Source: Nemertoderma westbladi
Lineage: Eukaryota > Animalia > Xenacoelomorpha
Direction of reading: 5' to 3'
Assembly: GCA_032718475.1 (NCBI GenBank)
Contig: JAUCBJ010003212.1
Coordinates: 1-64,000 of the forward strand
Length of the DNA stretch: 64,000 bases
Made by a program: the position numbers and the translations under genes. Of the stretch, positions 1-14,677 are shown in pieces. Numbering within the stretch: the first letter of the stretch is position 1; each line of letters starts with the position of its first letter. A model generated the notes under the pieces. The model was not told the origin of the DNA, did not search any database, and was given only the letters and a program-made list of their open reading frames with translations.

Positions 1-282
1 GGGGGGTCGGTCTGGGTGTGTGTTGGCAGGTAAGCCATAATTGACGGAAGCCAAGATATAACTGCTGTAGTAATGTAGTAAACTGTTTTCACAATATGTG
101 ATTCGCTGCACAGGTTCAAATCCGAGGAAATTCTGTAGAAATACACCACAGTACCGGTACGTAGTCAGGATGTGAGGAACGTCTGGATTTCATGACACTT
201 TTAGTCGTTTGCGTTTAAGTAAACATATCTGCTGTGGAGTGAAGAGAGGGTTGAATAGTGGTTATGGAATGTTCAGGGAGTT

Positions 283-3200
283 TGGAACACAGCTATAGAA
301 TTGGCACACAGCAATAGTATGGGCACACAGCTATAGTATGGGCACACAGCTATAGTATTGACACACAGTTGTAGTATTGGCACACAGCTATAGAATAGGC
401 ACACAGCTATAGTATGGACACGTAGCTATGGTATGGGCACACAGTTATAATATGGGCACACATCTATAGTATGGGCACACAGCTATAGTATTGAGACGCA
501 GCTATATTATGGACACACAGCTATAGTATGGACACGCAGCTATAGTATGGACACGCAGCTATAGTATCGGCACACAGCTATAGTATGGGCACGCAGTTAT
601 ATTATGGGCATACAGCTACATTATGGGCACACAGCTATAGTATGGGAACACAGCTATAGTATGGGCACACAGCTATATTATGGGCACACAGCTATAGTAT
701 GGGCACACAGCTATAGTATGGGCACGCAGCTATAGTATAGGTACGCAGCTATAGTATGGGCACACAGCTATAGTATGGGCACACAGCTATAGTATGGGCA
801 CGCAGCTGTAGTATGGGCACACAGCTATAGTATGACCACAACTATAGTATGGGCACGCAGCTACATTATGGGCACACAGCTACAGTATGGGCACACAGCT
901 ATAGTATGGGCACACAGCTATAGTATGGACACGCAGCTATAGTATGGACACACAGCTATAGTATGGGTACACAGCTACAGTATGGACACACAGCTATATA
1001 GTATGGGCACGCAGCTATAGTATGGGCACACAGCTATAGTATGGACACACAGCTATAGTATTGAGACGCAGCTATATTATGGGCACGCAGCTATAGTATG
1101 GGCACACAGTTATAGTATGACCACAGCTATAGTATGGGCACGCAGCTATAGTATGGGCACACAGCTATAGTATGGGCACGCAGCTATGGTATGGGCGCAC
1201 ATTTATAATATGGTCACACAGCTATAGTATGGGCACACAGCTATAGTATGGAGACGCAGCTATAGTATGGGCAGGGAGCTATAGTATGGGCACACAGCTA
1301 TAGTATGGACACGCAGCTATAGTATGGACACACAGCTATAGTATGGGTACACAGCTACAGTATGGACACACAGCTATATAGTATGGGCACTCAGCTATAG
1401 TATGGGCACACAGCTATAGTATGGGCACACAGCTATAGTATTGAGACGCAGCTATATTATGGGCACTCAGCTATAGTATGGGCACACAGTTATAGTATGA
1501 CCACATCTATAGTATGGGTACGCATCTATAGTATGGGCACACAGCTATGGCATGGGCGCACAGTTATAATATGGTCACACAGCTATAGTATGGGCACACA
1601 GCTATAGTATGGAGACGCAGCTATAGTATGGGTACGCATCTATAGTATGGGCAGGCAGCTATAGTATGGGCACACATCTATAGTATGGGTACGCATCTAT
1701 AGTATGGGCACACAGCTATGATATGGGCACACATCTATAGTATGGGCACACAGCTATGGTATGGGCGAATAGTTATAATATGGGCACACAGCTATAGTAT
1801 GGGCACACAGCTATAGTATGGGCAGGCAGCTATAGTATGGACAGGACACAAAGCTATAGTATGGGCACACAGATATAGTATGGGCACACAGCTATAGTAT
1901 GGGCACGCAGCTACAGTATGGGCACACAGATATAGTATGGGCACGCAGCTATAGTATGGAGACACATCTATAGTATGGAGACACATCTACAGTATGGAGA
2001 CGCAGCTATAGTATGGAGACACATCTATAGTATGGAGACGCAACTATAGTATGGGCACACAGCTATATTATGAGCACACAGTTATACTATGGGCACACAG
2101 CTATAGTATGGGCACACAGCTCCAGTATGGGCACCCAGCTATAGTATGGACAGGACACAAAGCTATAGTATGGGCACACAGATATAGTATGGGCACACAG
2201 CTATAGTATGGGCACGCAGCTATAGTATGGACACACAGCTATGGTATGGGCACGCAGCTATGGTATGGGCACACAGCTATGGTATGGGCACACCGTTATA
2301 ATATGGGTACACAACTATAGTATGGGCACACAGCTATAGTATGGGCACACAGCTATAGTATGGGCACACAGCTATAGTATTGAGACGCAGCTATAGTATG
2401 GGCACACAACTATAGTATGGGCACACAGCTATAGTATGGGCACACAGCTATTGTATTGGCACACAGCTATAGTATGGGCATACAGCTATAGTATGGCCAC
2501 ATAGCTATTGTATGGGCACGCAGCTATAGTATGGGTACACAGCTATAGTATGGACACGCAGCTATAGTATGGGCACGCAGCTATAGTATGGGCACACAGC
2601 TATAGTATGGGCACACAGCTATAGTATGGGCACACAGCTATAGTATGGGCACACAGCTATTGTATTGGCACACAGCTATAGTATGGGCATACAGCTATAG
2701 TATGGCCACATAGCTATTGTATGGGCACGCAGCTATAGTATGGGTACACAGCTATAGTATGGGCACACAGCTATAGTATGGGCACACAGCTATTGTATTG
2801 GCACACAGCTATAGTATGGTCATACAGCTATAGTATGGCCACATAGCTATTGTATGGGCACGCAGCTATAGTATGGGTACACAGCTATAGTATGGACACG
2901 CAGCTATAGTATGGGCACACAGCTATTGTATTGGCACACAGCTATAATATGGGCATACAGCTATAGTATGGCCACATAGCTATTGTATGGGCACACAGCT
3001 ATAGTATGGACACGCAGCTATAGTATGGGCACGCAGCTATAGTATGGGCACACTGCTATAGTATGGGCACACAGCTATAGTATGGGCACACAGCTATAGT
3101 ATGGGCACACAGCTATTGTATTGGCACACAGCTATAGTATGGGCATACAGCTATAGTATGGCCACATAGCTATTGTATGGGCACGCAGCTATAGTATGGG

Positions 3201-4931
3201 TACACAGCTATAGTATGGGCACACAGCTATAGTATGGACACACAGCTATTGTATTGGCACACAGTTATAGTATGGGCATACAGCTATAGTATGGCCACAT
3301 AGCTATTGTATGGGCACGCAGCTATAGTATGGGTACACAGCTATAGTATGGACACGCAGCTATAGTATGGGCACACAGCTATTGTATTGGCACACAGCTA
3401 TAGTATGGGCATACAGCTATAGTATGGCCACATAGCTATTGTATGGGCACGCAGCTATAGTATGGGTACACAGCTATAGTATGGCCACATAGCTATTGTA
3501 TGGGCACGCAGCTATAGTATGGGTACACAGCTATAGTATGGACACGCAGCTATAGTATGGGCACACAGCTATAGTATGGGCACACAGCTATAGTATGGAC
3601 ACACAGCTATAGTATGGGCACGCAGCTATAGTATGGACACGCAGCTATAGTATGGGCACGCAGCTATAGTATGGGCACACAGCTATAGTATGGGCACACA
3701 GCTATAGTATGGACACGCAGCTATAGTATGGGCACGCAGCTATAGTATGGGCACACAGCTATAGTATGGGCACACAGCTATAATATGGGCACACAGCTAT
3801 AGTATGGGCACGCAGCTATAGTATGGACACACAGCTATGGTATGGGCACGCAGCTATGGTATGGGCACGCAGCTATGGTATGGGCACACCGTTATAATAT
3901 GGGTACACAACTATAGTATGGGCACACAGCTATAGTAAGGGCACACAGCTATAGTATTGAGACGCAGCTATATTACGAGCACGCAGCTATAGTATGGGCA
4001 CACAGCTATAGTATGGGCACACAGCTATAGTATGGGCACACAGCTTTTGTATTGGCACACAGCTATAGTATGGACATACAGCTATAGTATGGCCACATAG
4101 CTATTGTATGGGCTCGCAGCTATAGTATGGGTACACAGCTATAGTATGGACACGCAGCTATAGTATGGGCACACAGCTATAGTATGGGCACGCAGCTATA
4201 GTATGGGCACACAGCTATATTTTGGACACACAGCTATAGTATGGACACGCAGCTATAGTATGGACACGCAGCTATAGTATGGGCACACAGCTATAGTATG
4301 GGCACACAGCTATAGTATGGGCACGCAGCTCTAGTATGGGCACACAGCTATAGTATGGGCACACAGCTATAGTATGGGCACACAGCTATAGTATGAGCAC
4401 ACAGCTATAGTATAGGCACACAGCTATAGTATGGGCACGCAGCTATAGTATGGGCACACAGTTATAGTATTGGCACACAGCTATAGTATGGGCACACATC
4501 TATATTATGGGCATACAGCTATAGTATGGGCACGCAGCTATAGTATGGGCACACAGCTATAGTATGGACACGCAGCTATAGTATGGGCACACAGCTATAG
4601 TATGGGCACGCAGCTATAGTATGGGCACGCAGCTATAGTATGGGCACACAGCTATAGTATGGGCACACAGCTATAGTATGGGCACGCAGCTATAGTATGG
4701 GCACGCAGCTATAGTATGGGCACACAGCTATAGTATTGGCACACAGCTATAGTATGGGCATACAGCTATAGTATGGCCACATAGCTATTGTATGGGCACG
4801 CAGCTATAGTATGGGTACACAGCTATAGTATGGACCGCAGCTATAGTATGAGCACACAGCAATAGTATGGGCACGCAGCTATAGTATGGGCACGCAGCTA
4901 TAGTATGGGCACGCAGCTGTAGTATGGACAC
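283..4931. repeat. 19-bp satellite array, left part (consensus GGGCACACAGCTATAGTAT)
   Basis: Unit recurs with 19-bp period (e.g. starts at 321 and 340), with point variants and local higher-order blocks. Confidence 0.97.
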
Positions 4932-5628
4932 GCTGTAGTTGACAATTAACTTTGAAAGTCCTCCGCAAGTCTCTGATCGGATGAGCATAAGCTCAAAAGA
5001 TGGTATGCTTGAGCATGTGGATCTCTTCTATTACCTGGTATCATGGATACGGAAGTCAGGTGAGGACCTTCGAATACGTAAGGGAAAGGCATGGGCAGCC
5101 TTGAATAGGCTTTCCAGGATTTGGAAGTCACCGAGAATTAATCGGAAACTTAAGGTCCGATTATTTAGAGCAGCAGTAGTTCCAGTACTCCTATATGGGA
5201 GTCCACGCTGGGCTCTAACTGCCGAGGACACCAAATCTCTGGATGGCACATTCACAAGAATGCTACGCCGGGTTCATTGTGTCAAGTACAATGCACACAT
5301 CTCCAACCAGACACTATATAACATTGGAGGTGTCTCATTGGTTCCCCCAAGCTTGACACTAGAACAAAATCGACTCCGCTTTGCAGGACATTGCTTTCGC
5401 GGTGAGGACCAGCCAGTGCATAATCTTGTACTTTGGCAGCCTCATGGAGTGAATAAGCATGGTGGACAGCCCATGAGTTTCTTGAGACGCATCTTAAAGG
5501 ACACTGGCCTTGAAGATGCGGATGATCTAGCAAATGTCATGGGTGATAGGGAGTTGTGGCGGTGCAATTTTGTCGATAAGCCGGCACAGCATTCTTAAAA
5601 ATGCAGCTGCAATGCAGCATGCCGATCC
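4932..5628 (+). mobile_element. 5'-truncated RTE-clade LINE fragment (C-terminus of RT ORF) inserted in the satellite
   Basis: ORF 4939..5598 has RIRKGKAWAALNRLSRIWKS, LFRAAVVPVLLYG and RLRFAGHCFR, typical of the RTE ORF C-terminus. Flanked by TAGTATGGACAC at 4920..4931 and 5629..5640 (candidate TSD). Confidence 0.88.
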
Positions 5629-8600
5629 TAGTATGGACACAAAGCTATAGTATGGACACACAGCTATAGTATGACCACACAGTTATAGTAAGGGCACGAA
5701 GCTATAGTATGGATACAAAGCTATAATATGGGCACACAGTTATAGTATGGGCGCGCATCTATAGTATGGGCACACAGCTATAATATGGGCACACAGTTAT
5801 AGTATGGGCGCGCAGCTATAGTATGGGCTCACAGCAATAGTATGACCTCAGCTATAGTATGGGCACACAGCTATAGTATCACCACACAGCTATAGTATAG
5901 GCATACAGCTATAGTATGGGCACACAGTTATACTATGGGCACGCAGCTATAGTATGACCACAGCTATAGTATGGGCACACAGCTATAGTATGGACACACA
6001 GCTTTAGTATCACCACACAGCTATAGTATGGGCACACAGTTATACTATGGGCACGCAGCTATAGTATGGGCGCGCAACTATAGTATGGGCACACAGTTAT
6101 ACTATGGGCACGCAGCTATAGTATGGGCGCGCAGCTATAGTATGGGCACACAGCTATATTATGGGCACACAGCTATAGTATGGACACACAGCTATAGTAT
6201 GGGCACACAGCTATAGTATGGGCACGCAGTTATAGTCTGGGCACACAGCTATATTATGGGCACACAGCTATAGTGTGGGCACACGGTTATAATATGGGCA
6301 CACAGCTATAGTATGGGCACACAGCAATACTATGGGCACGCAGCTATAGTATGGGCACACAGCTATAGTATGAACACAGCTATAGTATGGGCACACATCT
6401 ATAGTATGGGCACGCAGTTATACTATGGGCACGCAGCTATAGTATGACCACAGCTATAGTATGGGCACACAGCTATAGTATGGGCACGCAGTTATAGTCT
6501 GGGCACACAGCTATATTATGGGCACACAGCTATAGTGTGGGCACACAGTTATAATATGGGCACACAGCTATAGTATGGGCACACAGCAATACTATGGGCA
6601 CGCAGCTATAGTATGGGCACACAGCTATAGTATGACCACAGCTATAGTATGGGCATACAGCTATAGTATGGGCACGCAGTTATAGTCTGTGCACACAGCT
6701 ATATTATGGGCACACAGCTATAGTGTGGGCACACAGTTATAATATGGGCACACAGCAATAGTATGGGCACACAGCTATACTATGGGCACGCAGCTATAGT
6801 ATGGGCATACAGCTATAGTATGGCCACAGCTATAGTATGGCCACAGCTATAGTATGGGCACACAGCTATAGTATGGGCACACAGCTATAGTATGGGCACA
6901 CAGCTATAGTATGGCCACAGCTATATTATGGGCACACAGCTATAGTGTGGACACACAGTTATAATATGGGCACACAGCAATAGTATGGGCACACAGCTAT
7001 AGTATGGCCACAGCTATATTATGGGCACACAGCTATAGTGTGGGCACACAGTTATAATATGGGCACACAGCTATAGTATGGGCACACAGCTATAGTATGG
7101 CCACAGCTTTATTATGGTTACACAGCTATAGTGTGGGCACACAGTTATAATATGGGCACACAGCAATAGTATGGGCACACAGCTATACTATGGGCACGCA
7201 GCTATAGTATGGGCATACAGCTATAGTATGGCCACAGCTATAGTATGGGCACACAGCTATAGTATGGGCACACAGCTATAGTATGGGCACACAGCTATAG
7301 TATGGGCACACAGCTATAGTATGGCCACAGCTATATTATGGGCACACAGCTATAGTGTGGGCACACAGTTATAATATGGGCACACAGCAATAGTATGGGC
7401 ACACAGCTATACTATGGGCACGCAGCTATAGTATGGGCCTACAGCTATAGTATGGCCACAGCTATAGTATGGGCACACAGCTATAGTATGGGCACACAGC
7501 TATAGTATGGGCACACAGCTATAGTATGACCACAGCTATAGTATGGGCACACGTCTATAGTATGGGCGCGCAGTTATAGTCTGTGCACACAGCTATATTA
7601 TGGGCACACAGCTATAGTGTGGGCACACAGTTATAATATGGGCACACAGCAATAGTATGGGCACACAGCTATACTATGGGCACGCAGCTATAGTATGGGC
7701 ATACAGCTATAGTATGGCCACAGCTATAGTATGGGCACACAGCTATAGTATGGGCACACAGCTATAGTATGGGCACACAGCTATAGTATGGGCACACAGC
7801 TATAGTATGGCCACAGCTATATTATGGGCACACAGCTATAGTGTGGGCACACAGTTATAATATGGGCACACAGCAATAGTATGGGCACACAGCTATACTA
7901 TGGGCACGCAGCTATAGTATGGGCATACAGCTATAGTATGGCCACAGCTATAGTATGGGCACACAGCTATAGTATGGGCACACAGCTATAGTATGGGCAC
8001 ACAGCTATAGTATGACCACAGCTATAGTATGGGCATACAGCTATAGTATGGGCACGCAGTTATAGTCTGTGCACACAGCTATATTATGGGCACACAGCTA
8101 TAGTGTGGGCACACAGTTATAATATGGGCACACAGCAATAGTATGGGCACACAGCTATACTATGGGCACGCAGCTATGGTATGGGCATACAGCTATAGTA
8201 TGGCCACAGCTATAGTATGGGCACACAGCTATAGTATGGGCACACAGCTATAGTATGGGCACACAGCTATAGTATGGGCACACAGCTATAGTATGGCCAC
8301 AGCTATATTATGGGCACACAGCTATAGTGTGGGCACACAGTTATAATATGGGCACACAGCAATAGTATGGGCACACAGCTATAGTATGGCCACAGCTATA
8401 TTATGGGCACACAGCTATAGTGTGGGCACACAGTTATAATATGGGCACACAGCTATAGTATGGGCACACAGCTATAGTATGGCCACAGCTTTATTATGGT
8501 TACACAGCTATAGTGTGGGCACACAGTTATAATATGGGCACACAGCAATAGTATGGGCACACAGCTATACTATGGGCACGCAGCTATAGTATGGGCATAC

Positions 8601-9394
8601 AGCTATAGTATGGCCACAGCTATAGTATGGGCACACAGCTATAGTATGGGCACACAGCTATAGTATGGGCACACAGCTATAGTATGGGCACACAGCTATA
8701 GTATGGCCACAGCTATAGTGTGGCCACAGCTATAGTATGGGCACACAGCTATAGTATGGGCACACAGCTATAGTATGACCACAGCTATAGTATGGGCACA
8801 CATCTATAGTATGGGCGCGCAGTTATAGTCTGGACACACAGCTATATTATGGGCACACAGCTATAGTATGGGCACGCAGCTATAGTATGGGCATACAGCT
8901 ATAGTATGGCCACAGCTATAGTATGGGCACACAGCTATAGTATGGGCACACAGCTATAGTATGGGCACGCAGCTATAGTATGGGCATACAGCTATAGTAT
9001 GGCCACAGCTATAGTATGGGCACACAGCTATAGTATGGGCACACAGCTATAGTATGGGCACACAGCTATAGTATGACCACAGCTATAGTATGGGCACACA
9101 TCTATAGTATGGGCGCGCAGTTATAGTCTGGACACACAGCTATATTATGGGCACACAGCTATAGTATGGGCACACAGTTATAGTATGGGCACGCAGATAT
9201 AGTATGGACAGGACACACAGCTATACTCTGGGCACGCATCTATAGTATGACCACACAGCTATAGTATGGGCACACAGCTAGAGTAGGGGCACAGCTATAT
9301 TATGGGCACAGCTATATTATGGGCACAGCAAAATTATGGGCACACAGTAATAGTACGGGCACACAGCTATAGTATGGGCACACATTTATAGTAT
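5629..9394. repeat. 19-bp satellite array, right part
   Basis: Same consensus, with frequent shortened units (ATGGCCACAGC/ATGACCACAGC) and GTGTGGGCACACAGTTATAAT variants. Confidence 0.97.
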
Positions 9395-9505
9395 ATTAGA
9401 ATGAGGATTGGGCACACCGCAAGTACTGTAGACCTCGGCAGGTGATGGTGTAGAAAGGTTTGGTTCATAACATATAGCATGACATATCCTATAATATGTG
9501 CCATA

Positions 9506-12000
9506 CATTTCATTTCATTTCATCGGGTATGTCAGTCGAGCCGACTATTACATTAACAAATAAAAACATGCATATTGTGTTAAATAAAATGTATGGCACT
9601 GCACAATAAAATTCAGCAATAAAACAAAAAACATTCCGTAATAAGATCCATATAATAGTTTGTGGTCACACAATTCCAGAATTACAGGTAAGAGGTACCG
9701 TACCGTATTCAGTGCAGGTCAACTAATCGCTACATCTTTACAAGATTGTACTGTACAGGAATGGTAATGATGGTACATTGGCATTGATGTCGTTGAGTTG
9801 ACAGAACAGGAAATCAGTCCTAGGAAATGTAAGTCGTATGTACGAGTCGTTATATAATAGCACACATGTAATCTATTATTATCGATCTATTTGTCCAGGG
9901 ATGTTGATTTCAGTTGGAAGTAATTCTCTACGAAGTTTGAGGTTAACATTGGGACAACTGAAAGCCCGCATCAAGTTGCCAAGACACTGGCGGAATGCCT
10001 CGGTAGAGATAAGGAGGCACCGAGATAAACAGTAGAGTTGTGTTGCTAATGTATGATTCCAGATGGAGCAAACCGCGTAGAGTCTTCCTGTAGTAGGCGT
10101 CCAGTTTTCCGAGATCTGTATCGTTGAGAGCACCAATGTTCATCTTTAGTTGATAAGTAATTACAGGGACTGACATTGTTGACCAAATCTTAAAGACAGT
10201 CTTACTGTAAAGCCAATGTGTGGTCCATCCTTTCGAATGGAATGTTTGGGACAAAATCGCTATTGATTGTATAGTTTCATTGAGGATCTGACTAGATGTT
10301 ATAGATCCATAACAGTTTGCAGCCAAGAAAGGTGAGGTGGGAGCTTCCTGTGATCGGGGTTCCATTGATGTTGATGACAGATGGTTCATGTGTTTTACTT
10401 TTCCTGAATTGTTTGCCAATCCAAATCCATTTTGTTTTGCTGTGTTCGATTGATAGGGAGACTGAAGTTGCCTTTTCATGTAGTATTTCAGACATTTCGT
10501 GTAGACCTGTAGTGGTAGTACTGAGAAGGAGAAAGTCATCTGCATAAACCATTGTTCCTAACCAGATGGGCCATACATAGCATCCTAGACCTGACGATTG
10601 TATACCAGAAACAATGTCAGCTGTATACAGGTTGAATAACGTGGGTGACAGTAGAGATTCCTGTTTCAGACCTTTGGTTACAGGAATGTGATCGGTTTGT
10701 ATCACCTCACCGAATTTAAGGAATATCTTACTGGATTTGCAATAGGCCAAAATTGTTAGATGATATGTGGATTTATGCTGCTTTCGATGAGTTTGTCAAC
10801 CAGTGTGTAGTACTCAACGCTGTCAAAAGCAGACTTTATTTGTAATTGACAAATAAATAAAGGTGAATCCCTGGATCGGTAGTATTCTATGCATTCCAGA
10901 ATAGTTACAATGGCTAGATCGGTACCATGTCTATTCTTATAAGCCATCTGGTTGCTATGATTGTTGAGGTCTGTGAGATAGTTGGAAATAACGATGTGTT
11001 CTAGTATTTTTGCAAAAATGTTGATAAATAAGATGATGGGTTGTAGGTATTCCGTCCCTTGCCTTTGAATAGGCTGCTTAAGACTGAATCTCCATAAGAA
11101 GAGGGCACCGATTTTAGTAGGTGTAATGTGATTGATTTACATGTAAACAAATGAAATAATATGAATGAACTTTGAACTATCATGGTGGAGGGATACATTA
11201 GTATAACTAGGAGAGGAGGGGTAAAGAAGAAAGGAATAGATAGATTTAGTTCGGTTGAGATGCCAATAAATGGCTGGACTGTTTGTTGTAGAGAATAATA
11301 TTTATTTTTTGATATTAATTTAATATAGCAATATTGACATTAAATTAATCTAATTTATATTTTAAATTTATTAAATTGTATACACTTATAACAGTAGCAA
11401 ACAAGTCAGCCAATATTTCTCATACAGGGTCTGGCTGGAGGTGCAGTAGATGCTCTATTGTTAGAGATGACATATCCGGTGCATTTCCGGTAGATATTGA
11501 TATAATAGCGCGCCTTTACTGAAAGAGGTGAGATGTGTGGTACTGGGCTTTTCTTGCAGTCTTCATCTCATTTATTTTGAATTCTAGGATCGAGCAGCTT
11601 TTCTGTATCTTGATTAAATTTGTTGTTATAGTGGGATCGCAGTGTGCTTTGCATTTCCTGTGATGGTGTTTCTTGCTTTGTCCTGTGGTTTACCTTGCTC
11701 CAAAAATATTGTGGATTTGTTGTACCGTGAGAGACGCATTGATTGATATTATTGGCAGTGATATTTTTAGAAAGAAAATTCTTTAGGCGTCGAGCCGACC
11801 GTTTTGACTCCCTGAATTCAGATGCAACCGGATCTTCAAGATCTTTGCCTTTCTTGCACCAAATCTCGTAAGGTCTCTTGTTGTTTTACATCTCCGTTTG
11901 AGGATGTTAGTTCGAATACGAAAGTTGGTTGTCATCCTGCGATTTTTGATTATTGGAATGTGTTGGATAGCAACGTTTAGTATGACTGATTGTATCAATT
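9506..12000 (-). pseudogene. Degenerate non-LTR retrotransposon (RT domain plus upstream linker; L2/CR1/RTEX-like)
   Basis: Broken ORFs carry RT motifs (FKGKG..PSSY, IKSAFDSV, GLKQESLLSPTLFNLY, YADD, FLG). A linker-like NPQYFWSKVN lies near 11700. The 3' end has an (ATGAA)n tail at 9506..9523. Confidence 0.82.
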
Positions 12001-12034
12001 CCGAACCCGTATGGCACTTCACATCACAACAAAT

Positions 12035-12923
12035 CACATTTCAAATTATTATTTCGGTGTGTTGGCATATGCCGACGATTTTTCTTCCCTCTATAAGTGG
12101 GCTAAAGTTTATGGTTAAGATATGCCAAGATTTTTGTAAAGAATTTAAATTAAAATTGAGTACCGATTCCGATCCTCGAAAATGTAAAACAAAGTGCATT
12201 GTGTTCAATCATAATTGGAAACCTCCATCAGCGCATATCTTAGTCAATGGAATTAATATACCATGGGTCAAAGAAGCGGTGCATTTAGGAAATTTATTTG
12301 ACTATAGGAATACATTAGATAGGGACATAGATAAAAAACGTGGTGCATTTTTAGGTAAATTGAGCAGCATACGCCAGGAATTATATTATAGTCATCCATC
12401 AATTTTGTCAAAAGTGCAGAATCTATATACTTTCATTTTTTACGGTAGCCAGATTTGGAATTTAAACTCAGTGGGGTGTAATAGAATGTGCACTGTATGG
12501 AACAATAATGTGAGATTGTTATGGGAATTACCTTATAGAACTCATCGTTTCATTATAGAAGACTTGGTGCCGTGTAGGCATCCTAGGATCGCCTTGTATA
12601 GTAGATTTATCACGTTTTGTAAGAATGTTGTGCAATCTAATAAATCGTGTATACGTTTTTTAGGTAGAATTACTTTAAATGATTGTCGCACTAGAAGTGG
12701 TAATAACCTACGCCATGTATTGAATGTGACTGGTATTGTGGATTTATCTTCCATTTCCAAAAGCACATTAAACACAGTTAGATATGTTCCGTCTCCAGAC
12801 CAAAGTACATCATGACGCGCCCAATTTTGTGCAGAACTATACGACGGAATAGGCGATCTCGTAGTCCCGGGCTTTTCAACACAGGAACTTAAAGAAATTT
12901 TATATTCGGTTACGGTGGATTAA
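12035..12923 (+). pseudogene. 3' fragment of a second non-LTR retrotransposon
   Basis: YFGVLAYADD near 12050..12079 frameshifts into ORF 11898..12815 (SISGLKFMVKIC..STDSDPRKCKTKCIVF..PWVKEAVHLG..FYGSQIW). After another frameshift it ends ELKEILYSVTVD*. Confidence 0.8.
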
Positions 12924-13854
12924 GGTTAAATTTACTTAATATGAAGGTTTTATGCTGATGTATTTTTATGATTCGTTGATTTATATAATATATCTTCTCT
13001 TTTCTTTTTTCTATTACTGTAGGTATTAATAATTTATTGTGCTTTCTATCTACAGTGTATACTCCTATGTAATTATGTATTTAATAGTAATTAGCATTAG
13101 CAACGTTTTACTCTGTACCTGTGTAATATTTACCAGTGTGCGAATATAAATAAATAGAGGGGAATTCAGTATAAGGTAAATAATGTTAGCTTGCATGCCA
13201 GTTTGCTGTCGTTTACAGTTATAAAATATATTCGGACGGTTCATTGTAGGCCTAAGTATAGTTAATATATTCAATCATTAAATATTTATATTAATTTTGC
13301 ACATATTGTTAGCATTGTATTATTTGTTTTATTTTTTATTAAACCACATGCCGTTTTTTATTTCATTTATAACGACAATGATGCTAAAACCTGCCACCTA
13401 CTTTTACCGAACTAATTTGCATATGTCAATAACCCCATGGAGTATATGTGCCTGCCAGTGTAGTGTACCGTTTGTTTCCCATATCGTAAAACACTTATAT
13501 TCGAGGTGATGGGTTCTCTGGATACATTTTTGATAAACGTATCTATTCTGCCTTTACAAGCTGGTTTCAAACGTAACGTTCAACTTTGTCTTTGGGCTTT
13601 GCAACTGGCAGTGTGGCAGTGTTTATAGAAGGACAGACAGACAAGGGCGAGAGCAGCAAGTTGCAAGTAGTCCTAATAATTATTATTGACGTAAGTTAAA
13701 TCCGGCCGCGTTTGTACTTTGTTCTTTCATTCGATAAAACATTGCAAAAAACTAAATAGCACCACTACTGTTCGATTGATATCGTTGTTGATATCTGACA
13801 CTACTGGATAGTAACGTTGAAAGATAATATGGATATTGAATTTTTGAAAAACCA

Positions 13855-13918
13855 GGTGAGAACCAGGAATTCGAACCAGTGACTTCCCACATAGTTCTTC
13901 CACTGCGCTATTCCAGCT
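13855..13918 (-). other. tRNA-derived (SINE-head-like) relic
   Basis: Minus strand reads TAGCGCAGTGG (A-box-like) then GGTTCGAATTCC (B-box-like). No intact cloverleaf. Confidence 0.45.
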
Positions 13919-14677
13919 ACAGAGCAAATAGTTCAACAAAATCCCGGAAAAATAATATGATCGGTAAACGTGTGAAACACGAACCACCGGAGGTACCCGA
14001 AGGCTCATCTCTCTTGGTTGTTAGCTTTAGGGCGACACACATCTCCCAAGGTCCAACACTCTCTTACTATCCAACTTTTTATTTACTACTCTTTACTACT
14101 AAAATTATTGGAAAGCCCCAACTATTAGTTGGCTTTGCCTTTTCCTGTGATAGCAGCGGACAAACTACCGGTTAATAACCAAAAAATATGATATGAATGT
14201 TAACGCGAATTCTCTGGAGGTGGTGTAGTTCTTTGGAAGAGCTATCACACGGTTTGTGAGTTGTCCCTCTTTCGAATCCAGGTCATAAAAATCCATGTTA
14301 ATTAATCCATGTTGAGTTCTCAACACAATAATTGTGGGGCAATTGATTGCCCCCGCTCCTCAAGCTAGCTGTTTGGTGGAATTGTCAGCCACTCGCTTGG
14401 CGTTTAGCTGGGAGGTCTTTCGTGAAAGACTGAAAGACCAACCGTCGAACCGTCTACCCTACAGCAGTGACATCATGTACACAAACACCTTCACTCACAG
14501 ATATATTCAGTTTAGTTACGATAGTTGTTGTTAGAGGAGTGGGTGACGCCCATGCGTGGGCGTAGGCATCATCCGGAATGGGGTACGTGGTAAACTTAAA
14601 ATACGAATGGATCAGATTGATTGTACCGACCTGCTTCGTATTACATGTAGGTAGTGGAAGTTAATGATTGTATGTAA

